From IMG/VR virus record IMGVR_UViG_3300009183_000012, positions 1 through 51,676 of that record: a DNA stretch of 51,676 nt; one strand, 5' to 3'. The DNA comes from a virus. Taxonomy: Duplodnaviria; Caudoviricetes. Of the stretch, positions 1 through 9,304 are shown in pieces (the stretch's first letter is position 1; every line of letters starts with the position of its first letter). The position numbers and the translations under genes are program-made. The notes under the pieces are model-generated. The model did no database searches, had not been told where the DNA came from, and saw nothing but the letters and a program-made list of their open reading frames with translations.

Positions 1-123
1 ATTGGCTCGAAACGCCATCAGGCATGGATTGGCAGTGGGAACCGGAGCGGCTGACGGTGAGTCGCGCAAGTATTGACGCGGCTATGAAGGAGGATGCGAA
101 ATGAACACACCCACCGAGGCGCA
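1..123. repeat. Terminal overlap, identical to 51554-51676 (circular assembly)
   Basis: The 123-nt string ATTGGCTCGAAACG...CCGAGGCGCA occurs at both window ends; ORF 51103..51657 and the ATG at 101 continue across the join. Confidence 0.95.
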
Positions 124-466
124 CCTTGATTTGGCGCTGCAAATAGCCGAGGCGCTTGCGCGTAGCGGAAACGTCGCTGCCGCTGAACTCATCGCCGATA
201 GCGAGGCGAGGGCTATTGCGAAGCAAGTCGAGGCGCTCGCAATTCTAACTCTGCGCTGGGATAAGGTGGAAAAGGAGCGGGACCAGCTCCGCGCCCGCGC
301 CGAACGCGCCGAGGCCGAACTCGCCAAGGAGCGGGCGCGGTTGGAGTGGCTGGAAAAGCGTGGACCGTGGGAGTCATGGAACGTGCCCTGCGGAGAAGCA
401 GAGATCACACTCCGGGGACCTATCCGCGCCGCCATCGACGCGGCGATGCGGGAGGAAACCAAATGA
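101..466 (+). CDS. Coiled-coil mosaic paralogue 3 (RAERAEAELA..ERARL / RAAIDAAM family)
   Basis: SD AAGGAGG before ATG; ATGA-coupled; shares modules with 50477..51106 and 51103..51657. Confidence 0.8.
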   Translation: MNTPTEAHLDLALQIAEALARSGNVAAAELIADSEARAIAKQVEALAILTLRWDKVEKERDQLRARAERAEAELAKERARLEWLEKRGPWESWNVPCGEAEITLRGPIRAAIDAAMREETK

Positions 467-726
467 GCACCGACCGCACCGCATACTGGCGCGAATACGC
501 CCGCAAGAACGCCGCGAAGCGCAAGGCGACCAAGGCCGCGTATCGCGCGCGCAACAAAGAAAAAATCGCGGCTTACAAACGCGCCTACCGGGCAGGGCAT
601 CCAAGCAGCTCTACCCCCCGCAAACCCCGTATCCAAAAACCCAAGACCACTGAAGCGAAGACCGAGGCACTTATCTCCCTCAAGGAGAGGTTTGCCGCTT
701 TTCGGGCTTCCCGACAATCTCCATGA
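463..726 (+). CDS. Basic helical hypothetical protein (87 aa), possibly nucleic-acid binding
   Basis: ATG 463 overlaps the upstream stop and follows GGAGG; Y/R/K-rich helix. Confidence 0.7.
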   Translation: MSTDRTAYWREYARKNAAKRKATKAAYRARNKEKIAAYKRAYRAGHPSSSTPRKPRIQKPKTTEAKTEALISLKERFAAFRASRQSP

Positions 727-860
727 GTCCTGCCGCGCATCTCAACCTCCGCATCTTCCTAGTGTGTGCCACGCTCGTCAGCTGCCTCTACCTCTGGGGC
801 AAGCCCAAGGCAATGGACGTCACGCTAAAGATCTCGCTTCCGCCAAAGGCCAGTCCGTAA
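723..860 (+). CDS. Small membrane peptide (45 aa), missing from the ORF track
   Basis: ATGA-coupled; MSPAAHLNLRIFLVCATLVSCLYLWGKPK... has one hydrophobic segment; converges on the late block. Confidence 0.55.
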   Translation: MSPAAHLNLRIFLVCATLVSCLYLWGKPKAMDVTLKISLPPKASP

Positions 861-862
861 CT

Positions 863-1120
863 TCAGCAGTCCCAAGCCTTGCGCGACCAGTAATTAGCCG
901 AGAGTTTGCCGTCGCCGCCCTTGATCCCACCACTGCGAGCGCAGTACGACGCCTTGTTGGCCGACTGGTTTTTCTTGATCGGCATCTTGGGATCGCCGAA
1001 ACGCACCAGCTTCACCTTGTTGCCGACCTTGGCCAGCACCGCTGATTTCTTCGCCGCACCCGGGGTGCGCTTGGGCTGGTTGTACGCATCGAAGATCGTG
1101 CCTCGGTAGTTGATGCTCAT
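863..1120 (-). CDS. Small basic conserved phage protein
   Basis: KLVRFGD...SYCARS...SANYWSRKAWDC resembles a widespread aquatic-phage family; last gene of the late block. Confidence 0.7.
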   Translation of the reverse strand: MSINYRGTIFDAYNQPKRTPGAAKKSAVLAKVGNKVKLVRFGDPKMPIKKNQSANKASYCARSGGIKGGDGKLSANYWSRKAWDC

Positions 1121-1126
1121 GGTGAG

Positions 1127-1297
1127 TTACTCCTCAAGGTTTCCGGACTTCCACTGTTTACGCCAGCGCCAAAGCAAGAAGGCGATGCCGAGCAGCGACC
1201 CTACGAGTGCGGCAACCTCGTTGATTTGAGCCAGCGAGACCATTGCAATCGTTGGTGTTGCGGCGGTCAGGAAGGCTTTCGTGTTGTCGAGGCTCAT
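1127..1297 (-). CDS. Holin-like small membrane protein (56 aa)
   Basis: ATG 1297 is coupled to the upstream stop; hydrophobic segment followed by basic WRWRKQWK tail. Confidence 0.55.
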   Translation of the reverse strand: MSLDNTKAFLTAATPTIAMVSLAQINEVAALVGSLLGIAFLLWRWRKQWKSGNLEE

Positions 1298-1731
1298 TTT
1301 GATTTGTTGTATCGTGCTCCGACCCACCAGAAGATCAGGGTCCACGCCCCAAATTGAATCTCTGGTGACATCGTGGTGCGAACTTCAGGAGTTGCGGAGA
1401 AATAAACCGAGGTCAAGAAAATGAATCCTGCCCACGTCAACCCGGGGCGGGTGAACTGGCGGAAGGCATCGACAAGCACGTAAATGGATCCGGCCCATGG
1501 CCACGTACCAACAGGGATTACCAAAGTATTGTCCCCCGTTTTCTGAGAGGCGGTGAACGCATTCCATGCAGCCTCTTTCTCTGCTGCTGCAAGCTTGGCG
1601 TTGAGCAGCATGATCTCGACTTCAGCATCCTTCTTCTTGCGCCACGTCTCAAAGAAGCTGGTGCCCAAGTGTAGCAGGGAACCAACTACGCCACCACTCG
1701 CAGCATTGAAAAGAATGTCGGTCAGGTTCAT
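1294..1731 (-). CDS. Putative 3-TM holin-like protein
   Basis: N-terminal GG-rich helix, charged linker, 'RQFTRPGLTW' and 'FWW.GAR' ending typical of GTA-type 3TM holins. Confidence 0.6.
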   Translation of the reverse strand: MNLTDILFNAASGGVVGSLLHLGTSFFETWRKKKDAEVEIMLLNAKLAAAEKEAAWNAFTASQKTGDNTLVIPVGTWPWAGSIYVLVDAFRQFTRPGLTWAGFIFLTSVYFSATPEVRTTMSPEIQFGAWTLIFWWVGARYNKSK

Positions 1732-2210
1732 GGTAGAATAGGCTGCCAAACGTACGTCCGTGCAACAATCCCTACAAAGTTACTCGCTGTCACCCGCTCA
1801 CCGCTTTCGGAATACCTGTTTGACAGTCCCGTCATGACCCATCCATCGCCGTCGATCTTGGCGGCTTGGTGTATCACGTTACGTCCAGCCCAGTTTGGGG
1901 TGTAGATGCAGAGGGCACCCGAGGTGATGTCCGTGTAGCGGGCATCGGGGGCAAGGATGACCAGAGCGCACACCGTCCGGAGTGGGTCAGCCCCAGCTGG
2001 AGCCGCCGGGATGTAGGGAGCCATGCTGCCAGTCCCCAGCACCACGACAGCCGTGGGACCGGCAAGCGCCCACGCCTCATTCTCTGAAGCAACTACGATG
2101 CGCAGTGGCAGACCCCGCTCAAGCATCCAGCTGTTCTTCTTAGACACGAACAGCAGGGCGGCAATCGCCGTCAGGCCCAGCAGGATGAAGAGCGTGAGGC
2201 GGGAGTTCAT
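1728..2210 (-). CDS. Membrane-anchored S26/S24 (signal peptidase I-like) serine peptidase
   Basis: N-terminal TM, GTGSMAP (catalytic Ser), VIHQ (His), TGLSN (GDNN-like box), V...N.VG.V ending. Confidence 0.65.
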   Translation of the reverse strand: MNSRLTLFILLGLTAIAALLFVSKKNSWMLERGLPLRIVVASENEAWALAGPTAVVVLGTGSMAPYIPAAPAGADPLRTVCALVILAPDARYTDITSGALCIYTPNWAGRNVIHQAAKIDGDGWVMTGLSNRYSESGERVTASNFVGIVARTYVWQPILP

Positions 2211-5200
2211 GGCTTCTTCTCCAGCAGGCGTCTATGGACTTCCATCTCCAAGAGGGTTCCCCGGTCCACGACTCCACGTTCCACCAACTGCCGGAGTACT
2301 TTCTTCTTTCCTTCAGGGGTCTTCATCTTGTCCATGGCCGCATTGGCGTAGGCTGCCCTGCTCTCCTGAGATAGGCGGCGGGCTGCCCGGTCCACGTCAG
2401 TAGTCCCGGCGGTCTCATCCTTCAAGGCTTGGAGAACCGCACGACCATTGGACTCGGGATCTTCTTTGACGAAATTCAGAACCTCGGCGGGCCAACTCTC
2501 CGTGCCTTTCCGTTTGACCAGATCCTTGAGCTTCCGGTCCCGTTCGATGTACTGGTCAGCGTCACTGGTGCGGAGCTTGTCCAGCATGTCCCAAGACTCC
2601 TCGTTGGCGACACTGGGGCCAGAGAAGAACCGGGACAGGATTGGATTCGATTTGCGCGGATCCACTCCTTCGGGGGTTTTCTTCATCAGCTGAGTCAAGG
2701 CACCACCGGTCAAGTTCTCGGTAAGCCTCTCCAGTTGCAGCGGGCTGCGGAAGCTGGCACCAAAACTCTGGGGGACTGCCGCAGCTGCCCTCTTGAAAAA
2801 CTCCGGAGTGGCATCGGTGTACTGTTCTTGCGGAGAAGCATTCTGCAAATTGCGCGGAACTGTCGGCTGGTGCCGGAAGGTGTTTCTCCCCGAAGCAAAC
2901 TCCACGACGGCTTTTACTGCTGGGTTAACTCCCGATACCACCGACTCTGCCCTCTGCTCAACAGTATCGCCGGAGATGGGGAAGGGGCTAAGACCTTCCA
3001 AGAAATTCTCTCCCGCTCGGGCCAATGCCTGTGGGTCTTTGGTCTTAGAGAAATTCAGACCGCCCTCTACCAGATTGGCCATCTGAGAGTAGATGTCGAA
3101 TTTGGGGGCTCGGTAGTACTGGCGGACCATTTGACCCTTGGAGTTTTCCCGGTAGAACGGCTGCCCATTGTCGTCGTAGCGAGGGATGTTCAAGTACGCC
3201 ATCTTCTCAAACTTGGACAGCGAGTTGTAATCCTGCTCATTCTCTGGTCTCTGGTTCATAAACCAGATGTAGGTTGTTGGGATGCCCACCATCAGCGTCA
3301 GCTTGCTTGCGGCAATGGCTGCTTCCTTTGGCCCTCCGGAACGTCCGATCAGCCTGCGCATGTCTGCGGTCTGACCTTGGAGACGGGCGTTGTAGAACAT
3401 GAAGAGCGCATTCAGTTCGCGACCAATGTTGCCCGCCTTGGCGAAGTCCGGACTGCCGACGTAGTTTCGAACTTCGTAGGCGACACGCTCCAGTGCTTCC
3501 TTCTGGGCCTTGCCCGTCAGGTTGTTCAGATTCTCCGACCGGGCCACGCGACGGTAGCCCGTCATCTTGGTGGTCTCCTCCAAGACGTTGCCGATCTTGG
3601 CGGCAGTATCTATGATCGACTCCACCGGGATGCCCAAGAGACGGGCTATGGGGGCGTGATTGCCTGCTTGGGCAGCCCTCATGTAGGGGTTATCCCTCAG
3701 GTTGGAGGACATGGTGGATCCAGCAGCTCCGCTCGCCAAGTACTCCTTCGACAGGCTGGTGTTGTACCCGAACGGCTTCAGGAGCGACGAACCCAAGCCT
3801 TCCAAATAGTCCAACGGGAACTGGACGAGGTCGTCTACACTGCGCACTCCCGCCTTCGACATGACAGTCATCCGGAATTGATCTCGGAGATGATTGAACG
3901 TCTGGAATGCGACGAGGGCTGTCGTCGCGCCCACCCTCAATCCAGTGGACAGAGTTTTGAGCGCCCCGGTGTAGACCCCCAACTGGGCCGGGTTCAGACC
4001 CTTGAGGGATTTTGCAATCTCTGGAGTGACTGCCAGATTTTGGACGAGCCCATCTTTGGAATACGACACCGTCTCCCATCCGCTCGGAGCCTTGGTGTTG
4101 GGGGCAAGCCTGCGAACGAAAGCCCCATTGGTGTCGAGCGGAGCCAGATCGGCGAAGTCCGCCATCATCATGTTCTTCTCCGCCAGCATCTGTGCCCGGA
4201 GTTTGTTCTCTGCCGCCGCGACCATCATGTCGCCGAGCTTCAGTTCTTGATCCGTCACTCCGGACACGGCTTTGGTAAATGGGACTGACGATCCCATCGA
4301 AGTAGAAGTGCCCTTTCCTTCCATGCCTCCGGAATCGTACAAGTGCTTCATCACTTTGAACGGCGCGTAGAACCCGTTGTCGGCCTTGATCTGGTTGTAC
4401 TGCTTTTGGTTCATCAGGCCCGATGCCATCACCAGACGCAGGTTGTCGTCGGCATCTTTCTGATACGCATTGGTGAAAGCCTCCAACCTCTGCCACTTGT
4501 CCGGACCCAGCAAAGCTTCATGATCCCGCAACAGGCGTTGCGCATCCGCGATCTCGTAGTCCAACACTTCGCGTGAAGCCTTGTCCAAACCAGCCGCTTG
4601 GTTCTTGGCTTGGGTGGTGAGCCGGTCGACCGTTCGCTTGTTGAACAGGTAGACGTTCAGGTCCGACGGCTCCACGTCTTTCAGGAGATCTTTGCGCAGC
4701 TTCAGGAGCGGTTCAAACGCTACCTCCGCCTTGCCTGCCGCACCCGCGACCAGACTGAACCGGTCGCCCATGGGCAGGTCAGGCCGGGAACCGCGCAGCT
4801 TCTCCTCTACTCGCGTGATCTCGTGGAGGGCATTCTGAAATTCCGAGATGACCTTGCCCGGGAACCGTTTGACGATTTCCGCCGTTGTGACGGCGTCAGG
4901 AGCATGTTCGAACATCTTCCGCTGACCTTCTATGGTAATGGTCTTGGCCGATGTCGGGCCGATGGGCGTCTTGGGTTTCGTGACTATGGCCGAAATTGCC
5001 CGACGTGCCACTGAAGGTGCCAGTCCTCCAGCCGCTGCCCATTTCAATGCATTCGCCAGACGCTCCTCGGGAGAAGCTTTGCGGTCTTCGGAAAAGCCGT
5101 AGGCAAATCCGCCCGCCGCACCTCCGAGGTTGGCCAAGAGAGGATTATAGGCAAACCCTGAAATGCTAGAGCTTCGTGGGTTGAACTGGCCAGAGCCTCC

Positions 5201-8200
5201 AGTGGCGTTCGACTTGTTCCCGAGTGCAGAGCGCCAGTCGGTAAACTCCTCGGGCAGGAGCGCAGTCTTCTGAGCCGCGAATGGGCGGTCTTTGGCCGGG
5301 ATGTTTTTGTTGACTCCGTTCTCGTAGTTCTGGGCTCCGAAATTGACCCATGAGTTTTGACCTCTGGTCTCACTCGACAACGCCCGCTGGGCTTCCGGAC
5401 TGAACATCTGGGAGTGCTTGATCCAAGCGTTCTCCTCGCCCCGGGGGCCGAACTGATAGTCTTCGGCGGCATGTCCAAACAGGTCGTGAACTGCTCGAAG
5501 TTTGTCGTTGGTGGTAAAACCGGTTTTAGGATCAACTGCATTGAGGAATGGATGCGGATCGCCACCTTGAAAGAAGTAGATGTGGTTGTTGTCCCGAACA
5601 TCTTTCACCATCTCGCGGGAGTTGGCGTAGGGCTGACCTTCTTTAGTCCACGGCTCAAACTTTATGCCGAGATTATTGACGGCGAAGTCCCATTGGTCTG
5701 CCACCTCTTTTGCGAGAGCCTCATACGCCTTGATGGTCTCGGGAGACCGACTAACTTCCGGCAGTTCGTCGTAAGCTTTAGCAATCCTTTGAGCCAGACT
5801 CTCGTCTACCGGAACGTAATGGCCATGCTGAATCGGCTTCTGACCCGATTGGGCGTTGTAGTCGTCGGCAATTCTCCTTACTGCTTCGTTGGGTTGGCGG
5901 CTGCCAGTTTTCGCGCCTGTTCTGGCGTCCACCCCCGAGGACGGCGATAGAACTCCTCCTCCGCCTTGCCTGACGCCGGGCGCGTAGCGGTCGAAGGCTT
6001 GTTCAAGGATCGTGCGGTACTGCCCGCGAAGACCATCGAGCTGCTGTACTTTTGAGCCGATTCCTCGTCGGTTAAGAATCTCAAGGTATGCTTGCCCTTT
6101 TTGATTGCGGGACCAGTCGTTGGCATAGGCGGTGATTCTGGTTGTGGGGCTGTCGACGTCAAGAGCGACATTGCGGACGTCAGCCCAAGTAGTCAGTCTA
6201 TCAAAGATCTGCTGCACCTTTTTTTCGGTGAATGCTTTGGGCGTGAAATTGCTGTCCGCATCGACGATGAGTGCCTCATTCCCGCCGGGAAGTTGATGCA
6301 CTGAAAAGCCGCTGAGTTTGGCGTCGTCAGCCAAAGAAGAAATTTCTGCGCTGTTAAACGGAGATCCATCGCTCTTTTTGAAACGGATGGACCGCGAGTT
6401 TTTGCCGCCGACGCCAAACGTAGCAGACATGGTAGCCGCTTGTTCAGAGGCGTGGGCCAGAGCGACTGCGAAGAGGTCAATGGCTTCGGTACTCCCCAAA
6501 AGCTCTATCGCAACCGATGGCGCAGGCTGGCCCCCGAAGATGCCGTCCCCCATGGAAATCTTTCGTACTCGCAGTGAGCCCCCGACCATGTCGGCGATCA
6601 TCGGTACTGCCTGCTCAAGCACGTCCTTAGTGATCGCTTGCTGAGTAGGGTACGGGAGTTGACCAAAGGATGGCAGGGTATTCCGAAGCCCCGCACCCGA
6701 ACTGTAATTGACCTCGGCATAGACGCGCCCGGTATTTTTCGCGAGGGCGCTTTCAACGCTCTCCTCGGGGAGACCGTACTGGCGCAGGGTACGCATCCAT
6801 CCAACAGCCTGTACCTCGGAAGGAGTCCAGTTGCCACCCTTCCACTGCTTCTCGTTGAGGTCTCTCGTAAGAGCGTTGCCCCACTCCGAAATCCCTTCGT
6901 AGCGCGGGCCGGAAGGACTGCCCGTCTGGTCGATGTTGAGCCCGAATGGCTTCATGCCCTCTGCCGTCACCCAAACTCGCGTCGGGACCTGAGAGATTTC
7001 AGTGCCTTTTTGAAGCGTTTTTGTCCGGGTGACCTTTATCGCGACTGGCTTGCCCGCGATGAAGAGGTTACCCTCGTCGGCCTTTTTCTTGAGGCGGGAA
7101 AGGGTCTGGTGGTCAACGTGGCCAGAGTCGCGCCCAGTGTGGACGTCGGCTACGAAGGGTTCGCCACCTCGGGCGTCTCCGCCCATATATGAACGCACGC
7201 GCCGCATGAAGCCCGCGTCCACGAAGTCGGTGAGTTTGGCTCCAAATCCCTTACTCTGCACCTGTTGAGTGAGCACCCCTTCAATTTTTTTGTCGGCCAA
7301 TCCACCCTTCTTGCCCACACCGATTCCAGCAAGACGGTCTTCCACCTTGAAGACATTACCGAGTGCTGCGCCGGGGCTGACATTCTGCTGCGCTGCAAGC
7401 CAAGCCATCATCATGGTAGGCGCTCGCTTCTCCCCAAAAGTAGAGACGAATTTCTGGTTCAGTTCACTGTACCAATTCCTGAACGTGGAGATATCAGCGT
7501 CGTTCAACCACTTCTCAGTTTCGGAAGCCCATGTCCCGAACGGTTTGCCGCCGAAATTCTTGTCCGCACCCACCGCAATCGGCCTTCCCTGCAAGTCCTC
7601 AAACTCGACAAGCGCATTTTTCGCGGTGCCGGTGCCGGGACGTTTCCCGAGTTTCATCCGCAAATTTTCTGCCGTGTCCCCCACGGAGGCGCGAAGAAAT
7701 TCTTCCGGCGTCTTCAGCACCGACGGGGAGTTGGACTTATCCCACAAGTCTTCCAGATGCGGCCTAACAGCTTCACCAAACTCCTTGGACATGAGCCCGC
7801 TCCAGTTGTCGTAGTCCTTGGCTCCCTTGGCCAGCAACTGGGCACCTTTGACTGAGACAGCCGCAGCCAATTCCGGATCGAGGAAAGCATTCGAGCTGAC
7901 TCGGCCTCCTCTGAAGGCACGCCGGATGACGCCATCGGCCCAGCCGTCGGCATCTTGCATCTGCTGCGCCTGCGCAGACAGCTGTACGGCGGGTGGCGGC
8001 TCGACGGGTGGAAGCTCACGGGCAAAAGCCTCTGCCTGCACGCGGGCCGGGTCGGGAATCTGCTCGGGAGCTGCACCCTGACGCGCCCGAATAGCCCGTT
8101 CCAGATCGCCCTGAGCCACCGACTGGACGGCAGCTTGGTCTTCAAACGCTTGCGCCGAAAACTCCGCGTTGCGCCCTGCGATGGGCGAAGCCTGACGACG

Positions 8201-9304
8201 TAGTGCTTCTTCGGATTCAGCGATTACTGGCCCAAATGCTTCGGCGCGAGCTAGTCCAAGATTGGATGGTCCAGCAGGAGGCGAGACAGGCTGTGGAGGC
8301 ATGTTCTGCTCCAAGATCTCCGCAGACCGTTGAGCAGACAAAGCAGCCTCAAGATCTGATTGAGCAGTTGGTCTTACGGTGACGACGGCTGGCTTCTCAA
8401 TCTCCCGAGCGGCTGCCAAAGCTTGGTCGATGAGAGGATCTCTCGGCTCGGCCTGCAAGATGGCCACCGCTTCACTCGGAGTCTTGCCTCGGATCTTGGC
8501 CCAGACCGACGGGATGGATTTCTCCAAAGCCCCGAAAACTCCGCCAAAAGCACTCCCGATCAAAGCTGATGCCCCCAATTCCTTAAAGCTGAAGTCCTCG
8601 TTTGCAGGTCGGTCTATTACCTGTTCTGCCACGTTCTGACCGGCTGCCATCACTGCGCCTTGGAGACCACGAGTCATCGCGTAGTTCGCCGCATCCTGAG
8701 CAAACTCGCCGGGGAGCTTTTCCGCTAGGCTCCTTTGAAGCCCCGGTCCAAGAACGTCTCGGGCAGCACTGGGGTTGGGGATGTTCTTCAGCACTGCACG
8801 GCTCGGAAGATCCGTGACTGGCCTCAACGCCTTGACCGGTGCAGGCACAATGCCGCCGAGAACTACGGACGCGCCGAACCGACCCTTCTTCAGCTTGAAG
8901 TCTTCGTCCCCTCCACCCTCACGGGCGTATTCCCGCAGTTGAGTCCAATAGTCCGCCAGACCACCGGCAATGGCACCTCCGGCCTTCCCTCCGGTAGCCG
9001 CTCCGGCGATTGCACCCGGCCCGGTAGGAGCGGTGGCGAGTCCGCCAGCCACTCCGCCTGCGATACTGCCAGCCATGGGCACGCCCACGTTGACGGCGAA
9101 GTCCGTCCAACTCCCGCCGGGAGCTTGGAGAGACCACAGAACCGCTTCAGGGAAGCCCTGCTTGCGGAGCTTCTCAATGCCCCTCTCGGTCAACGCAGCC
9201 TGCTCCTCGTCGGAGCGGGGTGGTCCGAGATCTGAGAACGCGAACGGAGTCTTCGGCCCGAGGTCGGAGAAAGCGAACGAGGTGGGGTCGTTTGGTGCGG
9301 CCAT
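2207..9304 (-). CDS. Large polyvalent internal virion/ejection protein (2365 aa) with LPD38-like C-terminus
   Basis: Position at end of structural block; internal zincin-like RAVHDLFGH..GEENAW..ETRGQNSW domain; C-terminal DF...G....LN.L..FYNA..QG and E...G.NTF...P.VP motifs like LPD38. Confidence 0.75.
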   Translation of the reverse strand: MAAPNDPTSFAFSDLGPKTPFAFSDLGPPRSDEEQAALTERGIEKLRKQGFPEAVLWSLQAPGGSWTDFAVNVGVPMAGSIAGGVAGGLATAPTGPGAIAGAATGGKAGGAIAGGLADYWTQLREYAREGGGDEDFKLKKGRFGASVVLGGIVPAPVKALRPVTDLPSRAVLKNIPNPSAARDVLGPGLQRSLAEKLPGEFAQDAANYAMTRGLQGAVMAAGQNVAEQVIDRPANEDFSFKELGASALIGSAFGGVFGALEKSIPSVWAKIRGKTPSEAVAILQAEPRDPLIDQALAAAREIEKPAVVTVRPTAQSDLEAALSAQRSAEILEQNMPPQPVSPPAGPSNLGLARAEAFGPVIAESEEALRRQASPIAGRNAEFSAQAFEDQAAVQSVAQGDLERAIRARQGAAPEQIPDPARVQAEAFARELPPVEPPPAVQLSAQAQQMQDADGWADGVIRRAFRGGRVSSNAFLDPELAAAVSVKGAQLLAKGAKDYDNWSGLMSKEFGEAVRPHLEDLWDKSNSPSVLKTPEEFLRASVGDTAENLRMKLGKRPGTGTAKNALVEFEDLQGRPIAVGADKNFGGKPFGTWASETEKWLNDADISTFRNWYSELNQKFVSTFGEKRAPTMMMAWLAAQQNVSPGAALGNVFKVEDRLAGIGVGKKGGLADKKIEGVLTQQVQSKGFGAKLTDFVDAGFMRRVRSYMGGDARGGEPFVADVHTGRDSGHVDHQTLSRLKKKADEGNLFIAGKPVAIKVTRTKTLQKGTEISQVPTRVWVTAEGMKPFGLNIDQTGSPSGPRYEGISEWGNALTRDLNEKQWKGGNWTPSEVQAVGWMRTLRQYGLPEESVESALAKNTGRVYAEVNYSSGAGLRNTLPSFGQLPYPTQQAITKDVLEQAVPMIADMVGGSLRVRKISMGDGIFGGQPAPSVAIELLGSTEAIDLFAVALAHASEQAATMSATFGVGGKNSRSIRFKKSDGSPFNSAEISSLADDAKLSGFSVHQLPGGNEALIVDADSNFTPKAFTEKKVQQIFDRLTTWADVRNVALDVDSPTTRITAYANDWSRNQKGQAYLEILNRRGIGSKVQQLDGLRGQYRTILEQAFDRYAPGVRQGGGGVLSPSSGVDARTGAKTGSRQPNEAVRRIADDYNAQSGQKPIQHGHYVPVDESLAQRIAKAYDELPEVSRSPETIKAYEALAKEVADQWDFAVNNLGIKFEPWTKEGQPYANSREMVKDVRDNNHIYFFQGGDPHPFLNAVDPKTGFTTNDKLRAVHDLFGHAAEDYQFGPRGEENAWIKHSQMFSPEAQRALSSETRGQNSWVNFGAQNYENGVNKNIPAKDRPFAAQKTALLPEEFTDWRSALGNKSNATGGSGQFNPRSSSISGFAYNPLLANLGGAAGGFAYGFSEDRKASPEERLANALKWAAAGGLAPSVARRAISAIVTKPKTPIGPTSAKTITIEGQRKMFEHAPDAVTTAEIVKRFPGKVISEFQNALHEITRVEEKLRGSRPDLPMGDRFSLVAGAAGKAEVAFEPLLKLRKDLLKDVEPSDLNVYLFNKRTVDRLTTQAKNQAAGLDKASREVLDYEIADAQRLLRDHEALLGPDKWQRLEAFTNAYQKDADDNLRLVMASGLMNQKQYNQIKADNGFYAPFKVMKHLYDSGGMEGKGTSTSMGSSVPFTKAVSGVTDQELKLGDMMVAAAENKLRAQMLAEKNMMMADFADLAPLDTNGAFVRRLAPNTKAPSGWETVSYSKDGLVQNLAVTPEIAKSLKGLNPAQLGVYTGALKTLSTGLRVGATTALVAFQTFNHLRDQFRMTVMSKAGVRSVDDLVQFPLDYLEGLGSSLLKPFGYNTSLSKEYLASGAAGSTMSSNLRDNPYMRAAQAGNHAPIARLLGIPVESIIDTAAKIGNVLEETTKMTGYRRVARSENLNNLTGKAQKEALERVAYEVRNYVGSPDFAKAGNIGRELNALFMFYNARLQGQTADMRRLIGRSGGPKEAAIAASKLTLMVGIPTTYIWFMNQRPENEQDYNSLSKFEKMAYLNIPRYDDNGQPFYRENSKGQMVRQYYRAPKFDIYSQMANLVEGGLNFSKTKDPQALARAGENFLEGLSPFPISGDTVEQRAESVVSGVNPAVKAVVEFASGRNTFRHQPTVPRNLQNASPQEQYTDATPEFFKRAAAAVPQSFGASFRSPLQLERLTENLTGGALTQLMKKTPEGVDPRKSNPILSRFFSGPSVANEESWDMLDKLRTSDADQYIERDRKLKDLVKRKGTESWPAEVLNFVKEDPESNGRAVLQALKDETAGTTDVDRAARRLSQESRAAYANAAMDKMKTPEGKKKVLRQLVERGVVDRGTLLEMEVHRRLLEKKP

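Noticed and set aside
1-123. Biological direct terminal repeat
   Set aside because: It falls inside coding sequence and looks like an assembler overlap; physical ends are more plausibly near 33 kb
2429-4288. Long antisense ORFs (also 10273..12174, 19245..20585, 22106..23101, 36264..38288, 41383..42723)
   Set aside because: Shadow frames of high-GC3 genes on the opposite strand with no recognisable motifs
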